Part shown: positions 28,243-38,314 of the stretch, piece by piece
Layout: every line of letters starts with the position of its first letter
Numbering within the stretch: position 1 is the first letter of the stretch
Origin: an uncultured Erysipelotrichaceae bacterium
GTDB taxonomy: Bacteria; Bacillota_I; Bacilli_A; RFN20; CAG-826
DNA length: 64,000 bases
Assembly (NCBI GenBank): GCA_902763555.1
Contig: CACWSI010000001.1
Coordinates: 7,215-71,214, forward strand
Direction of reading: 5' to 3'
The notes under the pieces: model-generated
The model's input: the letters and a program-made list of their open reading frames with translations, nothing else
What the model was told of the DNA's origin: nothing
Database searches by the model: none
Position numbers and translations under genes: made by a program

Positions 28243-28629
28243 ATGGCTAGCACTGTTAAGGAACAACACATTAATCAAATCGAAGTAATGAAAAGCAAAT
28301 TTATTGCCTATTTACTTCCCTTAGATAACGAAGAGAATTTTAAGCCAATCTTGGCCGCTCTTCGAAAAGAACACAAAAAAGCGCGTCATATCGTCTATGC
28401 GTATCGCGTCGGTATGAAAAGTAAATCTTGTGATGACGGGGAACCTAAAGGTACTGCTGGCCATCCATTATTAGACTTACTTTACAAAAAAGACATTAAC
28501 AATGTCGCCTTATTAGTGGTCAGGTATTTTGGAGGCACACTTCTTGGTGCTTCAAGATTACTTAGAACATATTTACAAGCGGGTGTTGATGTCATCAATA
28601 GTAGCGAGTTAATCGCTTTAGAAAGGTAA
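28243..28629 (+). CDS. YigZ/IMPACT-family N-terminal domain protein (UPF0029)
   Basis: KSKFIAYL...ARHIVYAYR...DDGEPKGTAGHPLL...VVRYFGGTLLGASRLLRTY matches the family pattern. Confidence 0.8.
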   Translation: MASTVKEQHINQIEVMKSKFIAYLLPLDNEENFKPILAALRKEHKKARHIVYAYRVGMKSKSCDDGEPKGTAGHPLLDLLYKKDINNVALLVVRYFGGTLLGASRLLRTYLQAGVDVINSSELIALER

Positions 28630-28636
28630 CAGCATT

Positions 28637-29452
28637 ATGGCAAATTGTGATGGTAACTGCGAACACTGTAGCGTTGAAGGCTGTGGTGAACGTATTGTTA
28701 AAAGCAAACCAAACGAATTTTCAAACATCAAAAGAATCATTGGTGTTTTATCTGGTAAAGGTGGGGTTGGTAAATCATTTGTCACCTCATCTATCGCCGC
28801 TTATTTAAATAGAAACGGTTTCAAAGTCGGTATCTTAGACGCTGATATTACAGGTCCAAGTATTCCTAAAGCCTTTGGTGTGAAGGAAAAAGCGTACGGC
28901 GAAAATGGATTAATTTATCCATGTAAAACCGCCGGTGGCATTGAAGTGATGAGTGCGAATCTTCTTTTAGAAGATGAAAAAGAACCAATCATCTGGAGAG
29001 GACCATTATTAGGAAATCTCGTTAAACAGTTCTTTGAACAAGTGATGTGGGGCGAATTAGATGTTTTATTAATCGATATGCCTCCAGGCACAGGAGACGT
29101 GGCTTTAACCACATTCCAAAGCCTACCAATCGATGATTTAATCATCGTCACTTCTCCACAAGACTTAGTCTCATTAATCGTCACTAAAGCCATCAAGATG
29201 GCGGAAATGATGAACATTCATGTTTTAGGTGTCGTGGAAAATATGTCATATCTAGTCTGTCCAAAATGTGCAGAAAAGATTCCATTATTTGGGGAATCCC
29301 ATTTAGAAGAATTCGCTAAAGAAATGAAATTTAATATTTTAGGTAAATTACCACTTAATAGTGATAACACCGCTTTAATGGATAAGGGTGAAATTGAAAA
29401 GATTTCCCTTCCAGAAATGCAAAGCATTATCGATGCAATTAAAGGAGAGTAA
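28637..29452 (+). CDS. Mrp/NBP35-family Fe-S cluster carrier ATPase
   Basis: Deviant Walker A SGKGGVGKS, a CPKC pair and an N-terminal Cys cluster CDGNCEHCSVEGC. Confidence 0.88.
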   Translation: MANCDGNCEHCSVEGCGERIVKSKPNEFSNIKRIIGVLSGKGGVGKSFVTSSIAAYLNRNGFKVGILDADITGPSIPKAFGVKEKAYGENGLIYPCKTAGGIEVMSANLLLEDEKEPIIWRGPLLGNLVKQFFEQVMWGELDVLLIDMPPGTGDVALTTFQSLPIDDLIIVTSPQDLVSLIVTKAIKMAEMMNIHVLGVVENMSYLVCPKCAEKIPLFGESHLEEFAKEMKFNILGKLPLNSDNTALMDKGEIEKISLPEMQSIIDAIKGE

Positions 29453-29454
29453 TT

Positions 29455-30705
29455 ATGTTAGAGTTAGATACACGTCGTAAAAAACTATTTGATCAAATGA
29501 AAGACAATAGTGTGGCTGTCTTCTTTTCTGGTGTTAGTAAAATCGCTAGTGAAGATGAAGCTTTACCATTTGTCGTTAATAAAAACTTCTTTTACCTTAC
29601 AGGTATTAAACAAGAACACAGTGCCCTTATGCTCATCAAAACATTAGGCGAAAGAAAAGCCTATTTGTTCATTGATCCATATAGTGAGCTTAAAGAAAAA
29701 TGGACCGGTAAACGTTTAACTCCAGAAGCCGCGAGTTTAATCAGTGGCCTCAAAAACGTTTATACATCCGATAATTTAGAAACTATGCTCAATTTAGCCA
29801 TTACTAAACAACAGTATGGTGAAATTGATTGTCTATATTTAGATTTAACTTCCCCAGAACAAAAACTTAAAGATGGGATGTTTATGAATGATTTAATGGT
29901 CAAGTTACAACTTGATTATCAAAAAGAAATCGTTGATAGCTATCCAATCTTAAGAGATTTAAGAATGGTTAAATCTTCGGAAGAAATTGAAAATATGGTC
30001 AAAGCCATTGAAAAGACCAATAATGGTATCGCTTATGCGATCAGCAAATTAAAAGTGGGTATGAAAGAACATGAACTCGCTGATTATTTTGAATTATATG
30101 GTCGTTTACACGATAGAAGTGGTTTAGCATTCGACACAATTATCGCTTCAGGTAAAAACGCAACATGCTTACATTATCCTTCTCAAAACGATACCGTGAG
30201 AGAAAATGACTTAATCTTATTTGACCTAGGCTATGAACATAACGGCTATAGTGCGGATATCTCTCGTACTTTCCCAGTGAATGGCAAGTTTGAAGGTGTA
30301 CAAGCTAAAATATATGAAGCTGTGTTAAACTGTAATAAAGCCGTTATTCAAATGATTAAACCAGGCTTAACCATTAAAGACTTACAAGAATTCGCTACCG
30401 AATACTTAAGAAAACAATGTATCAATTCTGGTTTAATGGATATGAATGATGATATCCGTAATTATTATTACCATAATGTCTCCCATCACCTTGGTTTAGA
30501 CACACATGATATCTCTTTAAGAGAAAAGCCATTACAAAATGGTAATGTCATCACTGTTGAACCAGGTTTATATTTCGCAAAATACGGTGTCGGTGTCCGT
30601 ATTGAAGATGATGTTTTAGTCAGTGATAATGGCTCCATCGTCTTAAGTAAAAACATCGTTAAAGAAATGGATGAAGTCGAAAGACTCATGGCCACAAGAG
30701 GTTAA
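29455..30705 (+). CDS. pepP: Xaa-Pro aminopeptidase (M24B)
   Basis: M24 metal-ligand context: FDLGYEHNGYSADISRT, HHLGLDTHD, VEPGLY, IEDDVLV. Confidence 0.85.
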   Translation: MLELDTRRKKLFDQMKDNSVAVFFSGVSKIASEDEALPFVVNKNFFYLTGIKQEHSALMLIKTLGERKAYLFIDPYSELKEKWTGKRLTPEAASLISGLKNVYTSDNLETMLNLAITKQQYGEIDCLYLDLTSPEQKLKDGMFMNDLMVKLQLDYQKEIVDSYPILRDLRMVKSSEEIENMVKAIEKTNNGIAYAISKLKVGMKEHELADYFELYGRLHDRSGLAFDTIIASGKNATCLHYPSQNDTVRENDLILFDLGYEHNGYSADISRTFPVNGKFEGVQAKIYEAVLNCNKAVIQMIKPGLTIKDLQEFATEYLRKQCINSGLMDMNDDIRNYYYHNVSHHLGLDTHDISLREKPLQNGNVITVEPGLYFAKYGVGVRIEDDVLVSDNGSIVLSKNIVKEMDEVERLMATRG

Positions 30706-30709
30706 AAAG

Positions 30710-32179
30710 ATGAAGTACATTTTAGCAATTGATCAAGGCACAACAAGTTCAAGAGCAATTCTTTTTGATAACACTGGTAAACCAATCCAAATTGCCCAAA
30801 GAGAAGTCACTTGTTTATTCCCACATTCTGGCTGGGTAGAAGCAGATGCATTAGCCATCTGGGTTTCAGTCATGGATGTCATTAATGAAGTCTTGATTAA
30901 AGCTAATATGACTATTGATGATGTCACAACCATTGGTTTAACTAACCAAAGAGAAACCACAGTAGTGTGGTCTAAAAAAACTGGTATGCCAGTCTATAAC
31001 GCGATTGTGTGGCAGTCCAGACAATCCGCAGATATTTGCGATAAGTTTTCTAAAGAAAAAGAACTCATTCACCAAAAAACTGGCTTAATTATTAATCCAT
31101 ATTTCTCCGCTTCTAAAGTGAGATTCATCTTAGACCATCTTGAAAATGGTCAAGAACGCGCTGAGTCTGGTGAATTATTATTTGGCACAATTGATTCGTG
31201 GATTATTTATAAATTAACAAGTGGTAAAGTTCACGCGACTGATGTCACTAATGCCTCTCGTACATTATTATTTAATATCAATGATATGAAGTGGGATGAA
31301 GAACTTTGCCAAATGTTTAATATCCCAATGTCAATGTTACCAGTCGTAAGACCAAGTGCTTATGACTATGGTCAAGCGACTTTCTTAAAGAGTGATGTTC
31401 ATATCACTGGTGTATTAGGTGACCAACAAGCCGCTTTATTTGGTCAAACATGTTTTGAAAGTGGTGAAAGTAAGAATACATATGGTACAGGATGCTTCCT
31501 TTTAGTTAATACCGGCGATAAACCAGTCTTCTCAAACAAAGGTTTGTTAACCACAGTGGCCTGGCAAATAGGTAACAAAGTAACCTATGCTTTAGAAGGT
31601 TCTGTCTTTATCGGTGGGGCAATTGTTCAATGGATTAGAGATGAAATGCAATTAATCGAACACGCTAGCGATAGTGAAAAGGTTGCCCAAATGAGCCATC
31701 GTTCACGTGTCTATATCGTGCCTGCTTTTACTGGCTTAGGCACACCATATTGGGATGATGACGCTAGAGGTGCGGTCTTTGGTTTAACAAGAGGCACTAA
31801 TAAAAGCCAATTTGTCAGAGCCTGTTTAGAAGCTATCGCCTATCAATGTAAAGATGTGATGGAAGTCATGCAAAAAGATGCTGAACAAAAAATCAGTGTT
31901 CTTAAAGTTGATGGTGGTGCTACAAAGAATAAATATCTTATGCAGTTCCAAAGCGATATCTTACATACCACAATTAAACTTCCTAAGTGTTTAGAAACAA
32001 CTGCTTTAGGCACAGCCTATATGGCGGGTTTACAATGTGGATATTATCCAAACTTAGAAAGTATTAAAAAGATTCATGAATACCAAGCCATTTATGAACC
32101 ACAAATGAGTAAAAAAGAAATCAGAGAATTATATAAAGGATGGAAGACGGCTATTAAAGCCACAAGAATGTTTAAGTAA
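30710..32179 (+). CDS. glpK: glycerol kinase
   Basis: MKYILAIDQGTTSSRAILFD start (internal ATG 30710 after AGAGGT), NQRETTVVW and FGTIDSWIIYKLT motifs. Confidence 0.96.
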   Translation: MKYILAIDQGTTSSRAILFDNTGKPIQIAQREVTCLFPHSGWVEADALAIWVSVMDVINEVLIKANMTIDDVTTIGLTNQRETTVVWSKKTGMPVYNAIVWQSRQSADICDKFSKEKELIHQKTGLIINPYFSASKVRFILDHLENGQERAESGELLFGTIDSWIIYKLTSGKVHATDVTNASRTLLFNINDMKWDEELCQMFNIPMSMLPVVRPSAYDYGQATFLKSDVHITGVLGDQQAALFGQTCFESGESKNTYGTGCFLLVNTGDKPVFSNKGLLTTVAWQIGNKVTYALEGSVFIGGAIVQWIRDEMQLIEHASDSEKVAQMSHRSRVYIVPAFTGLGTPYWDDDARGAVFGLTRGTNKSQFVRACLEAIAYQCKDVMEVMQKDAEQKISVLKVDGGATKNKYLMQFQSDILHTTIKLPKCLETTALGTAYMAGLQCGYYPNLESIKKIHEYQAIYEPQMSKKEIRELYKGWKTAIKATRMFK

Positions 32180-32188
32180 GGAATAAAA

Positions 32189-33322
32189 ATGGAAATTAAG
32201 AATATCTGGAGTAAAGAGCAAGTTACTAACTATCTAAAAGGTATTCAGGTCAACGTCGAACTTGATCCTGATTACATTTATGATGTTTATGAAATGGCCA
32301 ACGAATTCATCGGAATAGTGGACCAAGAAAATGTGCAAATAGAGGTTAAAGAGATCAATCAATTTGAACTCTTACTTTATTGCGTCGGTGAGTATTATTA
32401 TTCAATCTCTCATCTTAACGAAACAGAACTCGCTAGATTTAAAGCTAACGAAGAATATCCTTCCTCTATGGCGAGTGTGGCCGCTGATAAATATTTGTCC
32501 TTATCCATTTTTAACCATGTTGAAAAGAAACTTGGTAACCGTTTCCTTCCTCCAGCCTCTTCCTTAAATATTTATTTAAACTTCATGCTTAATATCGTTA
32601 AAGGCTATAAAAAGAATGATCCTCAATCATCTCTAATTAGTGACCTTCTTATGAAGTCATTAACGATATCTCGTTGTATCTTAGAGAATTTATTAAGTGG
32701 TTATGAAACAGAAGCCTTCTCTTCTTGGAGAACTCTTCACGAATGTGAATGCACTCTTATCTTATTAGATAAGTATGGTGCGCCACTCATCAATAAATAC
32801 TTAAGACATATGAATTTCGGTTTAGCGTTCAATGACACCATCCCAGATAAAGAACAACAAGACAAAATCTTCTATGAAATGAAAGAAGAAATGCGTGGAT
32901 ACGGTCTTAAGAGTAAAGACATCCGTAAATATATCGAATATGGTTGGTTATATCTTATCGCTGATAAAGATGATCCAAACTTCAAACTCAATTTCCGCGA
33001 TGGTTTAGAAAAACTCGCTGGTCTAGAAATGTATTCCAAACGATATGAATTATCCAGTGAAATCATTCATAGCACACCTCTTCTTATCTACTCCAACAAA
33101 GAATATTTCTATTACATGACTTTATTAAGTCTTTACGAAAGCTTCTTCCGTTTAGAAAAAGTCTTCGTTTCACTCTTCTCTAAACGTGTGAGTGAAGTAC
33201 AAATGAAACAATATGAAGAAATGCGTAAAGTCTATTACTCGCAGCTAGTTATCATTCATAAAAGAGAAATGGAAACATTTAAAAGATTCCAAACAAATAG
33301 AAATCAAAAAAGCTCCAATTAA
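32189..33322 (+). CDS. hypothetical cytoplasmic alpha-helical protein (weak DUF5677-like impression)
   Basis: Clean ORF with TAAGGAA SD and its own terminator. The only suggestive stretch is LLSGYETEAFSSWRTLHECECTLILL. Confidence 0.55.
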   Translation: MEIKNIWSKEQVTNYLKGIQVNVELDPDYIYDVYEMANEFIGIVDQENVQIEVKEINQFELLLYCVGEYYYSISHLNETELARFKANEEYPSSMASVAADKYLSLSIFNHVEKKLGNRFLPPASSLNIYLNFMLNIVKGYKKNDPQSSLISDLLMKSLTISRCILENLLSGYETEAFSSWRTLHECECTLILLDKYGAPLINKYLRHMNFGLAFNDTIPDKEQQDKIFYEMKEEMRGYGLKSKDIRKYIEYGWLYLIADKDDPNFKLNFRDGLEKLAGLEMYSKRYELSSEIIHSTPLLIYSNKEYFYYMTLLSLYESFFRLEKVFVSLFSKRVSEVQMKQYEEMRKVYYSQLVIIHKREMETFKRFQTNRNQKSSN

Positions 33323-33331
33323 GGAGCTTTT
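33307..33331. terminator. bidirectional terminator between convergent genes
   Basis: AAAAGCTCC-aattaa-GGAGCTTTT. The stop codon of the + gene sits in the loop. Confidence 0.7.
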
Positions 33332-33350
33332 AAATTACTTGTAATTTATT

Positions 33351-34994
33351 CTATTCATCTTGATAGCAAGAGCCACCGATGAATTCACGGATAATGGAAT
33401 TACATGGAACCCATTTATCACTTAAGTCATCGAAGAACTTAAGCATACGGATTAATCTTTCCGCCACTGGGAAGTATTCACTTTCAGTATCGATTTCTTC
33501 AAGCAATGGCATGGCATATTTCTTCATCACACTAAGCTCATAACTAGAGAATGAATTGAAGACATAGTTAGCACCTTCTTGAGAAGGATAAATCCATCTG
33601 AATTCACCTTTTCTAACACTTGGCCACATCTCTAAAGTAGAAATAGCGGAAGCGTTTCTGAATTGGTGGTCACGCACAATTCTTCTAAGAAGTCTTAAAT
33701 CGGTTAAGCTCATTGGGTTATGGTTATCGATATTGACTTGTGATTGTGGGGCAATAAAGATTTTGAATTTTTGGTGAGCAGGAATAGATGCTGTTAATCT
33801 TTCATTTAAGGCATGAATACCTTCAATGATAATTGGTTGATCTTGTGGAACGATTAACTTTCTGCCTTCTTTAGCACGGCAACCCGCTTTAAAGTCATAT
33901 CTTGGACATTCAACTTCTAAACCAGCGACTAAGTCCGCGAGGTTTTGGTTAAATAATTCGATATCTAAGGCATCAGCGCTTTCTAAGTCTGGCTTACCAT
34001 CTTCATCTAATGGCGCTTGTCCTCTTGGCAAGTAGTAGTCATCCATAGAAATACGGATAGGCTTAATACCTCTAGATAATAATTCAATTCTTAATCTATT
34101 AGCGAATGTGGTCTTACCAGAAGAAGAAGGACCAGCGATACAAATCAAACGAATGGATTCTTTTTCATCTTCAATCATTTGGCCTAATTCGCATAATTGA
34201 CGGTTGTGCCTTTGCTCACAAAGCGTGATAAATTCGACATCGCCGTCTTGTTCAATTCTTTGGTTAATACCAACGATAGTGTTACAACCTGTCGCTAAAG
34301 CCCATTGATGCGCTCTTTTTAAGGTCTTACCAAATGTTGGAGCGTCTTCAAATGGTGGGATTTCCCCGTTAAAATCAGGACGAGGATATTGAATGATAAT
34401 ACCTGGGTGATAATATTTGATAACCCATCTATTGATATAACCAGTGGATGGCACCATACGGTTATACATATAGTTACGATAATTACCACATGTATAAATA
34501 TGGGCGGTCTTCTCTGGACGATATTTCAAAATATCGACTTTATCTTGATAACCATCTTCGGTAAAGATTCTAGCAGCTTCTTCTTTGCTAACAATCTTTC
34601 TTTCTAATGGTAAATCTAAGGAAACGAGTCTATTCATTTCCGCGACTAATTCTTTGATCATAATACCAGAAGCACTTGTGCCTGGATTTAAGATTTGTAA
34701 GAAGATAGAACGGGAAACGTTATAAGCAAATCTAATTTCATAATGTGGATGGATATTGTGCATAGCCATGGCCACTAAGAAACGAAGAGATGATTCATAA
34801 ATTGGTTTAGCATCTCTATCTTTGCAGGTTAAAGGAATGATTTCAGAATCCTTATCAATTGTGTATGTGAGTTCACGGACACGGCCGTTAACATAAGCAC
34901 ATATAATGTTTTTGTCTTTGCCCACGACATCTAATACTGTAATTGGGGCATCATAAATTTTTTCTGTGTTATTAAAAACCACTTTAATTGGCAT
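33351..34994 (-). CDS. uridine/nucleoside kinase-family protein with N-terminal TGS/ThrRS-SAD-like extension
   Basis: P-loop IAGPSSSGKTTFANRL in the C-terminal PRK/uridine-kinase-like half. Start ATG 34994 is preceded by AGGAGGAA. Confidence 0.75.
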   Translation of the reverse strand: MPIKVVFNNTEKIYDAPITVLDVVGKDKNIICAYVNGRVRELTYTIDKDSEIIPLTCKDRDAKPIYESSLRFLVAMAMHNIHPHYEIRFAYNVSRSIFLQILNPGTSASGIMIKELVAEMNRLVSLDLPLERKIVSKEEAARIFTEDGYQDKVDILKYRPEKTAHIYTCGNYRNYMYNRMVPSTGYINRWVIKYYHPGIIIQYPRPDFNGEIPPFEDAPTFGKTLKRAHQWALATGCNTIVGINQRIEQDGDVEFITLCEQRHNRQLCELGQMIEDEKESIRLICIAGPSSSGKTTFANRLRIELLSRGIKPIRISMDDYYLPRGQAPLDEDGKPDLESADALDIELFNQNLADLVAGLEVECPRYDFKAGCRAKEGRKLIVPQDQPIIIEGIHALNERLTASIPAHQKFKIFIAPQSQVNIDNHNPMSLTDLRLLRRIVRDHQFRNASAISTLEMWPSVRKGEFRWIYPSQEGANYVFNSFSSYELSVMKKYAMPLLEEIDTESEYFPVAERLIRMLKFFDDLSDKWVPCNSIIREFIGGSCYQDE

Positions 34995-35163
34995 TGTATA
35001 GTTCCTCCTAAGAGTCAAGTCTTACATTCTAAACAAATGTCCAGACATTTTCAAGCAAATTAATTATAACGTTATTTCACTCGTAAAAGAATGAGTTTTT
35101 TCGATTTTTATATTTTTTAAATATATTATGTGATATAGTGATTATCGCTAGAAAGGATTGTAT

Positions 35164-35685
35164 ATGCAAAGATTACTCGTAGTCGTGGATTATCAAAACG
35201 ATTTCGTTGATGGTGCTTTAGGCTTTGAAGGGGCTGATAAGATTGCTCCTCGTATCGTGGAACTCATTAAAGAATTCCGTGCTAATAAAGACACCGTCGT
35301 TTTTACGTATGATACCCACCAAGAAGATTATTTAAAAACAACCGAAGGCCAATACTTACCTGCTCCTCACTGTTTAAAGGGCACTAAGGGTTGGGAATTA
35401 CATCCATCAATTAAAGACCTCGTAGAGGATTCCCTAGTGTTTGAAAAACCAGGATTTGGTAGCAAAGCCTTAGGCGATTACATTGCTAAAAATAACTTTG
35501 ACGAGATTTATCTCTGTGGCCTTGTTAGTGACATCTGTGTCTTTAGCAATGCTATTATCGCTAAAGCGGCAGCCTCAACGTATTGCAAAATCAAAATCGT
35601 AAGAGATGCAACTTCATCATTTGATTTAGATATGCAAGAAAAGGCTTTTGATGTTTTAAAACATCTCCACATGGAAATTATCTAA
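35164..35685 (+). CDS. isochorismatase-family cysteine hydrolase, nicotinamidase (PncA)-like
   Basis: VVVDYQNDF, an HC...KG segment and catalytic-Cys context CGLVSDICV. ATG 35164 follows GAAAGGA. Confidence 0.75.
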   Translation: MQRLLVVVDYQNDFVDGALGFEGADKIAPRIVELIKEFRANKDTVVFTYDTHQEDYLKTTEGQYLPAPHCLKGTKGWELHPSIKDLVEDSLVFEKPGFGSKALGDYIAKNNFDEIYLCGLVSDICVFSNAIIAKAAASTYCKIKIVRDATSSFDLDMQEKAFDVLKHLHMEII

Positions 35686-35728
35686 GCAATTATAAATCTT
35701 ATATAAATATATAAAGGAGAAACAACTT

Positions 35729-36934
35729 ATGAAAAACATGGTTTACATCCAATCCGGTGGACCAACCTCAGTCATTAACACATCATTATATGGTGCGATT
35801 AAAGAAGCAAAAAAACATCCAGATCTTATCGGTCACATCTATGGCTCTCAACACGGTGTTGAAGGCTTAATCGATGATGACTTAATCGATTTAGGTTTAG
35901 AAGACGATGAACAAATCGAACTTCTTCTTCAAACTCCAGGTAGTATCTTAGGTACCACAAGAAGAAAACTTCCAAAGGACATCCATACTCCTGAATACGC
36001 CGCGATTATTGAAAACATCAAAAAGCACAACATTGGTTATGTTTTCATCAATGGTGGTAACGACTCCATGGATACCTGCAATAAACTTGCTAAATTAGTC
36101 AAAGAATTAGGTATCGAAGATGTCAAAGTTATCGGTGTGCCAAAAACAATTGATAACGACTTAGCCTGCACAGACCACTCTTTAGGTTTCCCAAGTGCCG
36201 CTAAATTCGTTATAAACTCCGTTAACGCTTTCGCTATGGACGCTAACTGCTTCAAGAAAGGTAAAGTCCATATCGTCGAAATCATGGGTCGTGATGCCGG
36301 TTGGTTAACAGCTTCTGTTGACTTATTACCAGAACAAACAAGACCACACCTCATTTACTTACCAGAAATGAAGTTCGACTTAGAACAATTCTTAGTCGAT
36401 GTCCAAAGAGTTTATAAAGAAAAAGGCTTTGCCTTAGTCGCTATCTCTGAAGGTTTACAATTCGAAAGAGATATGACCAATGTCCGTGTTGACGGTTTCG
36501 GTCACGCTCAATTAGGTGGCGCTGCTGCGGAACTCTGCAGAATCGTTGAAAATAGATTAGACATCGGTACAAGAGCGGTGGAATTCTCCATCATCCAAAG
36601 AGCCTTCCCACAATATGTCTCTTTAGTCGACCGTAAAGAAGCTATTAAGACTGGTGAAAAAGCTGTTCAAGCCGCTTTAAAAGGTAAAACAGGCAAAATG
36701 ATCATCTTCGAAAGAGTTAGCCAAAACCCATACAAGATCAAATATAAACTCGCTCCATTAAGCAAAGTCGCTAATGCTGTCAGTCACGTCAAACCAGAAA
36801 TGATTGTTGACGCTACACGTATGAGCGATAGCTTCAGAGATTATTTACGTCCATTAGTCCAAGGCGAAGTTAAACTCGTTTATAAAGATGGCATCGCCCC
36901 AGTGAGTAACTTCAAACGTATCAAAGTTAAATAA
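35729..36934 (+). CDS. pfp: 6-phosphofructokinase, PPi-dependent type
   Basis: GGPTSVIN, GGNDSMDT (Asp where ATP-PFKs have Gly), PKTIDNDL (Lys where ATP-PFKs have Gly) and MGRDAGW. Confidence 0.85.
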   Translation: MKNMVYIQSGGPTSVINTSLYGAIKEAKKHPDLIGHIYGSQHGVEGLIDDDLIDLGLEDDEQIELLLQTPGSILGTTRRKLPKDIHTPEYAAIIENIKKHNIGYVFINGGNDSMDTCNKLAKLVKELGIEDVKVIGVPKTIDNDLACTDHSLGFPSAAKFVINSVNAFAMDANCFKKGKVHIVEIMGRDAGWLTASVDLLPEQTRPHLIYLPEMKFDLEQFLVDVQRVYKEKGFALVAISEGLQFERDMTNVRVDGFGHAQLGGAAAELCRIVENRLDIGTRAVEFSIIQRAFPQYVSLVDRKEAIKTGEKAVQAALKGKTGKMIIFERVSQNPYKIKYKLAPLSKVANAVSHVKPEMIVDATRMSDSFRDYLRPLVQGEVKLVYKDGIAPVSNFKRIKVK

Positions 36935-37320
36935 TGAAAAAATTCTTTAGCCAAACAATAGAAATAAAAGCCCTTATTATTTCAATAATCGCAACAGTCT
37001 TAGGCTTTCTAGGAACAATATTTCTATTTTGGCAACAAAGAGGAGATATCCCCTTCGGTGTATTAACTGGAGGGGGTATCATCATCCTTGGATGGTTAAT
37101 ACTTTACTTAAGTAAGAAACATGGCAAAGAGACCGCTAAACTCGATGTCTTTGTGATATTCCTTAGATTAACTCTATTGGTGATAAGCGCGGCGACATTC
37201 GCCATTTTGCGTTTACAGCTCAACTTATATATTATTTCGCCAATATCCTTAATTATCACTTACTTAGTAGTCTCGTTATTAACCCTTATCGCGCACATAG
37301 GAAAGGATAAAAATGCCTGA
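36934..37320 (+). CDS. atpI: AtpI-like small membrane protein
   Basis: Four TM helices, positioned immediately upstream of atpB. Confidence 0.5.
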   Translation: MKKFFSQTIEIKALIISIIATVLGFLGTIFLFWQQRGDIPFGVLTGGGIIILGWLILYLSKKHGKETAKLDVFVIFLRLTLLVISAATFAILRLQLNLYIISPISLIITYLVVSLLTLIAHIGKDKNA

Positions 37321-38074
37321 GGAAAATAACAACATTTTCAGTAATTTCTTCAAGATTAATATCGCTGGAGAACTAGTGTCTTCACTAATAGTCATTCTCA
37401 TTATAGTGATACTTTCTTTAATCGTGGGCATTTTAGCCGCTAGACAAAATCCACTTAAAAAGCCAAAAGGTCTTTTATTAATCGCTGAGATAGGTGTCAA
37501 TTTCTTTGATAACTTCGCTCGTGATTTAGTGGGTACAGCCTTACCTAACTTTGGTGGTTTTATCATGGGTGTAGCGATGTATTTATTCATCTCATTTATT
37601 TTTGGATTAACGGGTCTTCCTTCTCCAGTGACCTATATGGCGGTGCCATTATCTCTTGGTTTAGTGACTTTCTTATTAATCCATTACACATCCGCGAGAT
37701 ATACGAAGTGGCGTTATTTTAAACGCTACATCGATCCAATCCCAATCTTTTTACCAATTAACTTAATCTCGATGTGGGCGCCTTTACTCTCACTCACTTT
37801 ACGTTTATTTGGTAACGCTATCGCGGGTTGGGCATTATTATCCATCGTGGAGTATTCTTTAAGAGATTTATCAAGCACACTTTTCTCCTTCATTCAAAGC
37901 GAATGGAATCAAGTGCTCTTAGCCCCTCTTCCACTCGCGATACTTCACGCTTATTTTGATGTCTTTTCTGGTTTAATCCAGACATTCGTCTTCATTCTTT
38001 TGACTTCAATATTCATTGGTCAAGAGATCCCAGAAGATATAACTTTAAACACTATGGAAAGGAGGAAGAATTAA
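37313..38074 (+). CDS. atpB: F0F1 ATP synthase subunit a
   Basis: LTLRLFGNAIAG motif with the essential Arg; polytopic. Confidence 0.93.
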   Translation: MPEENNNIFSNFFKINIAGELVSSLIVILIIVILSLIVGILAARQNPLKKPKGLLLIAEIGVNFFDNFARDLVGTALPNFGGFIMGVAMYLFISFIFGLTGLPSPVTYMAVPLSLGLVTFLLIHYTSARYTKWRYFKRYIDPIPIFLPINLISMWAPLLSLTLRLFGNAIAGWALLSIVEYSLRDLSSTLFSFIQSEWNQVLLAPLPLAILHAYFDVFSGLIQTFVFILLTSIFIGQEIPEDITLNTMERRKN

Positions 38075-38298
38075 TGACCGGTTCATTAAACGTTTTAGCC
38101 GCTGCTATTGCCATCTTAGGTGTTATGCCTAGTGCTCTTGGTGAAGGTATGGTCTGTGCGCATGCATTAGACGGTATGTCACGTAACCCTGAAATGTACG
38201 GGAAACTCAGAACATCAATGATTCTCGCTTGTGCCCTTGTTGAAACCACAGCGATTTACTCATTGCTCATCAGCATTTTGATTTTATTTACAAAGTAA
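38074..38298 (+). CDS. atpE: F0F1 ATP synthase subunit c
   Basis: 74-aa hairpin with an RNPE loop and the carboxylate in ALVETTAIY. Confidence 0.93.
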   Translation: MTGSLNVLAAAIAILGVMPSALGEGMVCAHALDGMSRNPEMYGKLRTSMILACALVETTAIYSLLISILILFTK

Positions 38299-38314
38299 AA
38301 GGAGGTAAAAGAAT

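Noticed and set aside
28243-28629. YigZ-like gene considered a truncated pseudogene, because it has 128 aa where many family members have about 200 aa.
   Set aside because: The ORF is intact, tightly packed between its neighbours and retains the conserved N-domain motifs. Stand-alone N-domain versions are plausible, so truncation cannot be claimed without comparison.
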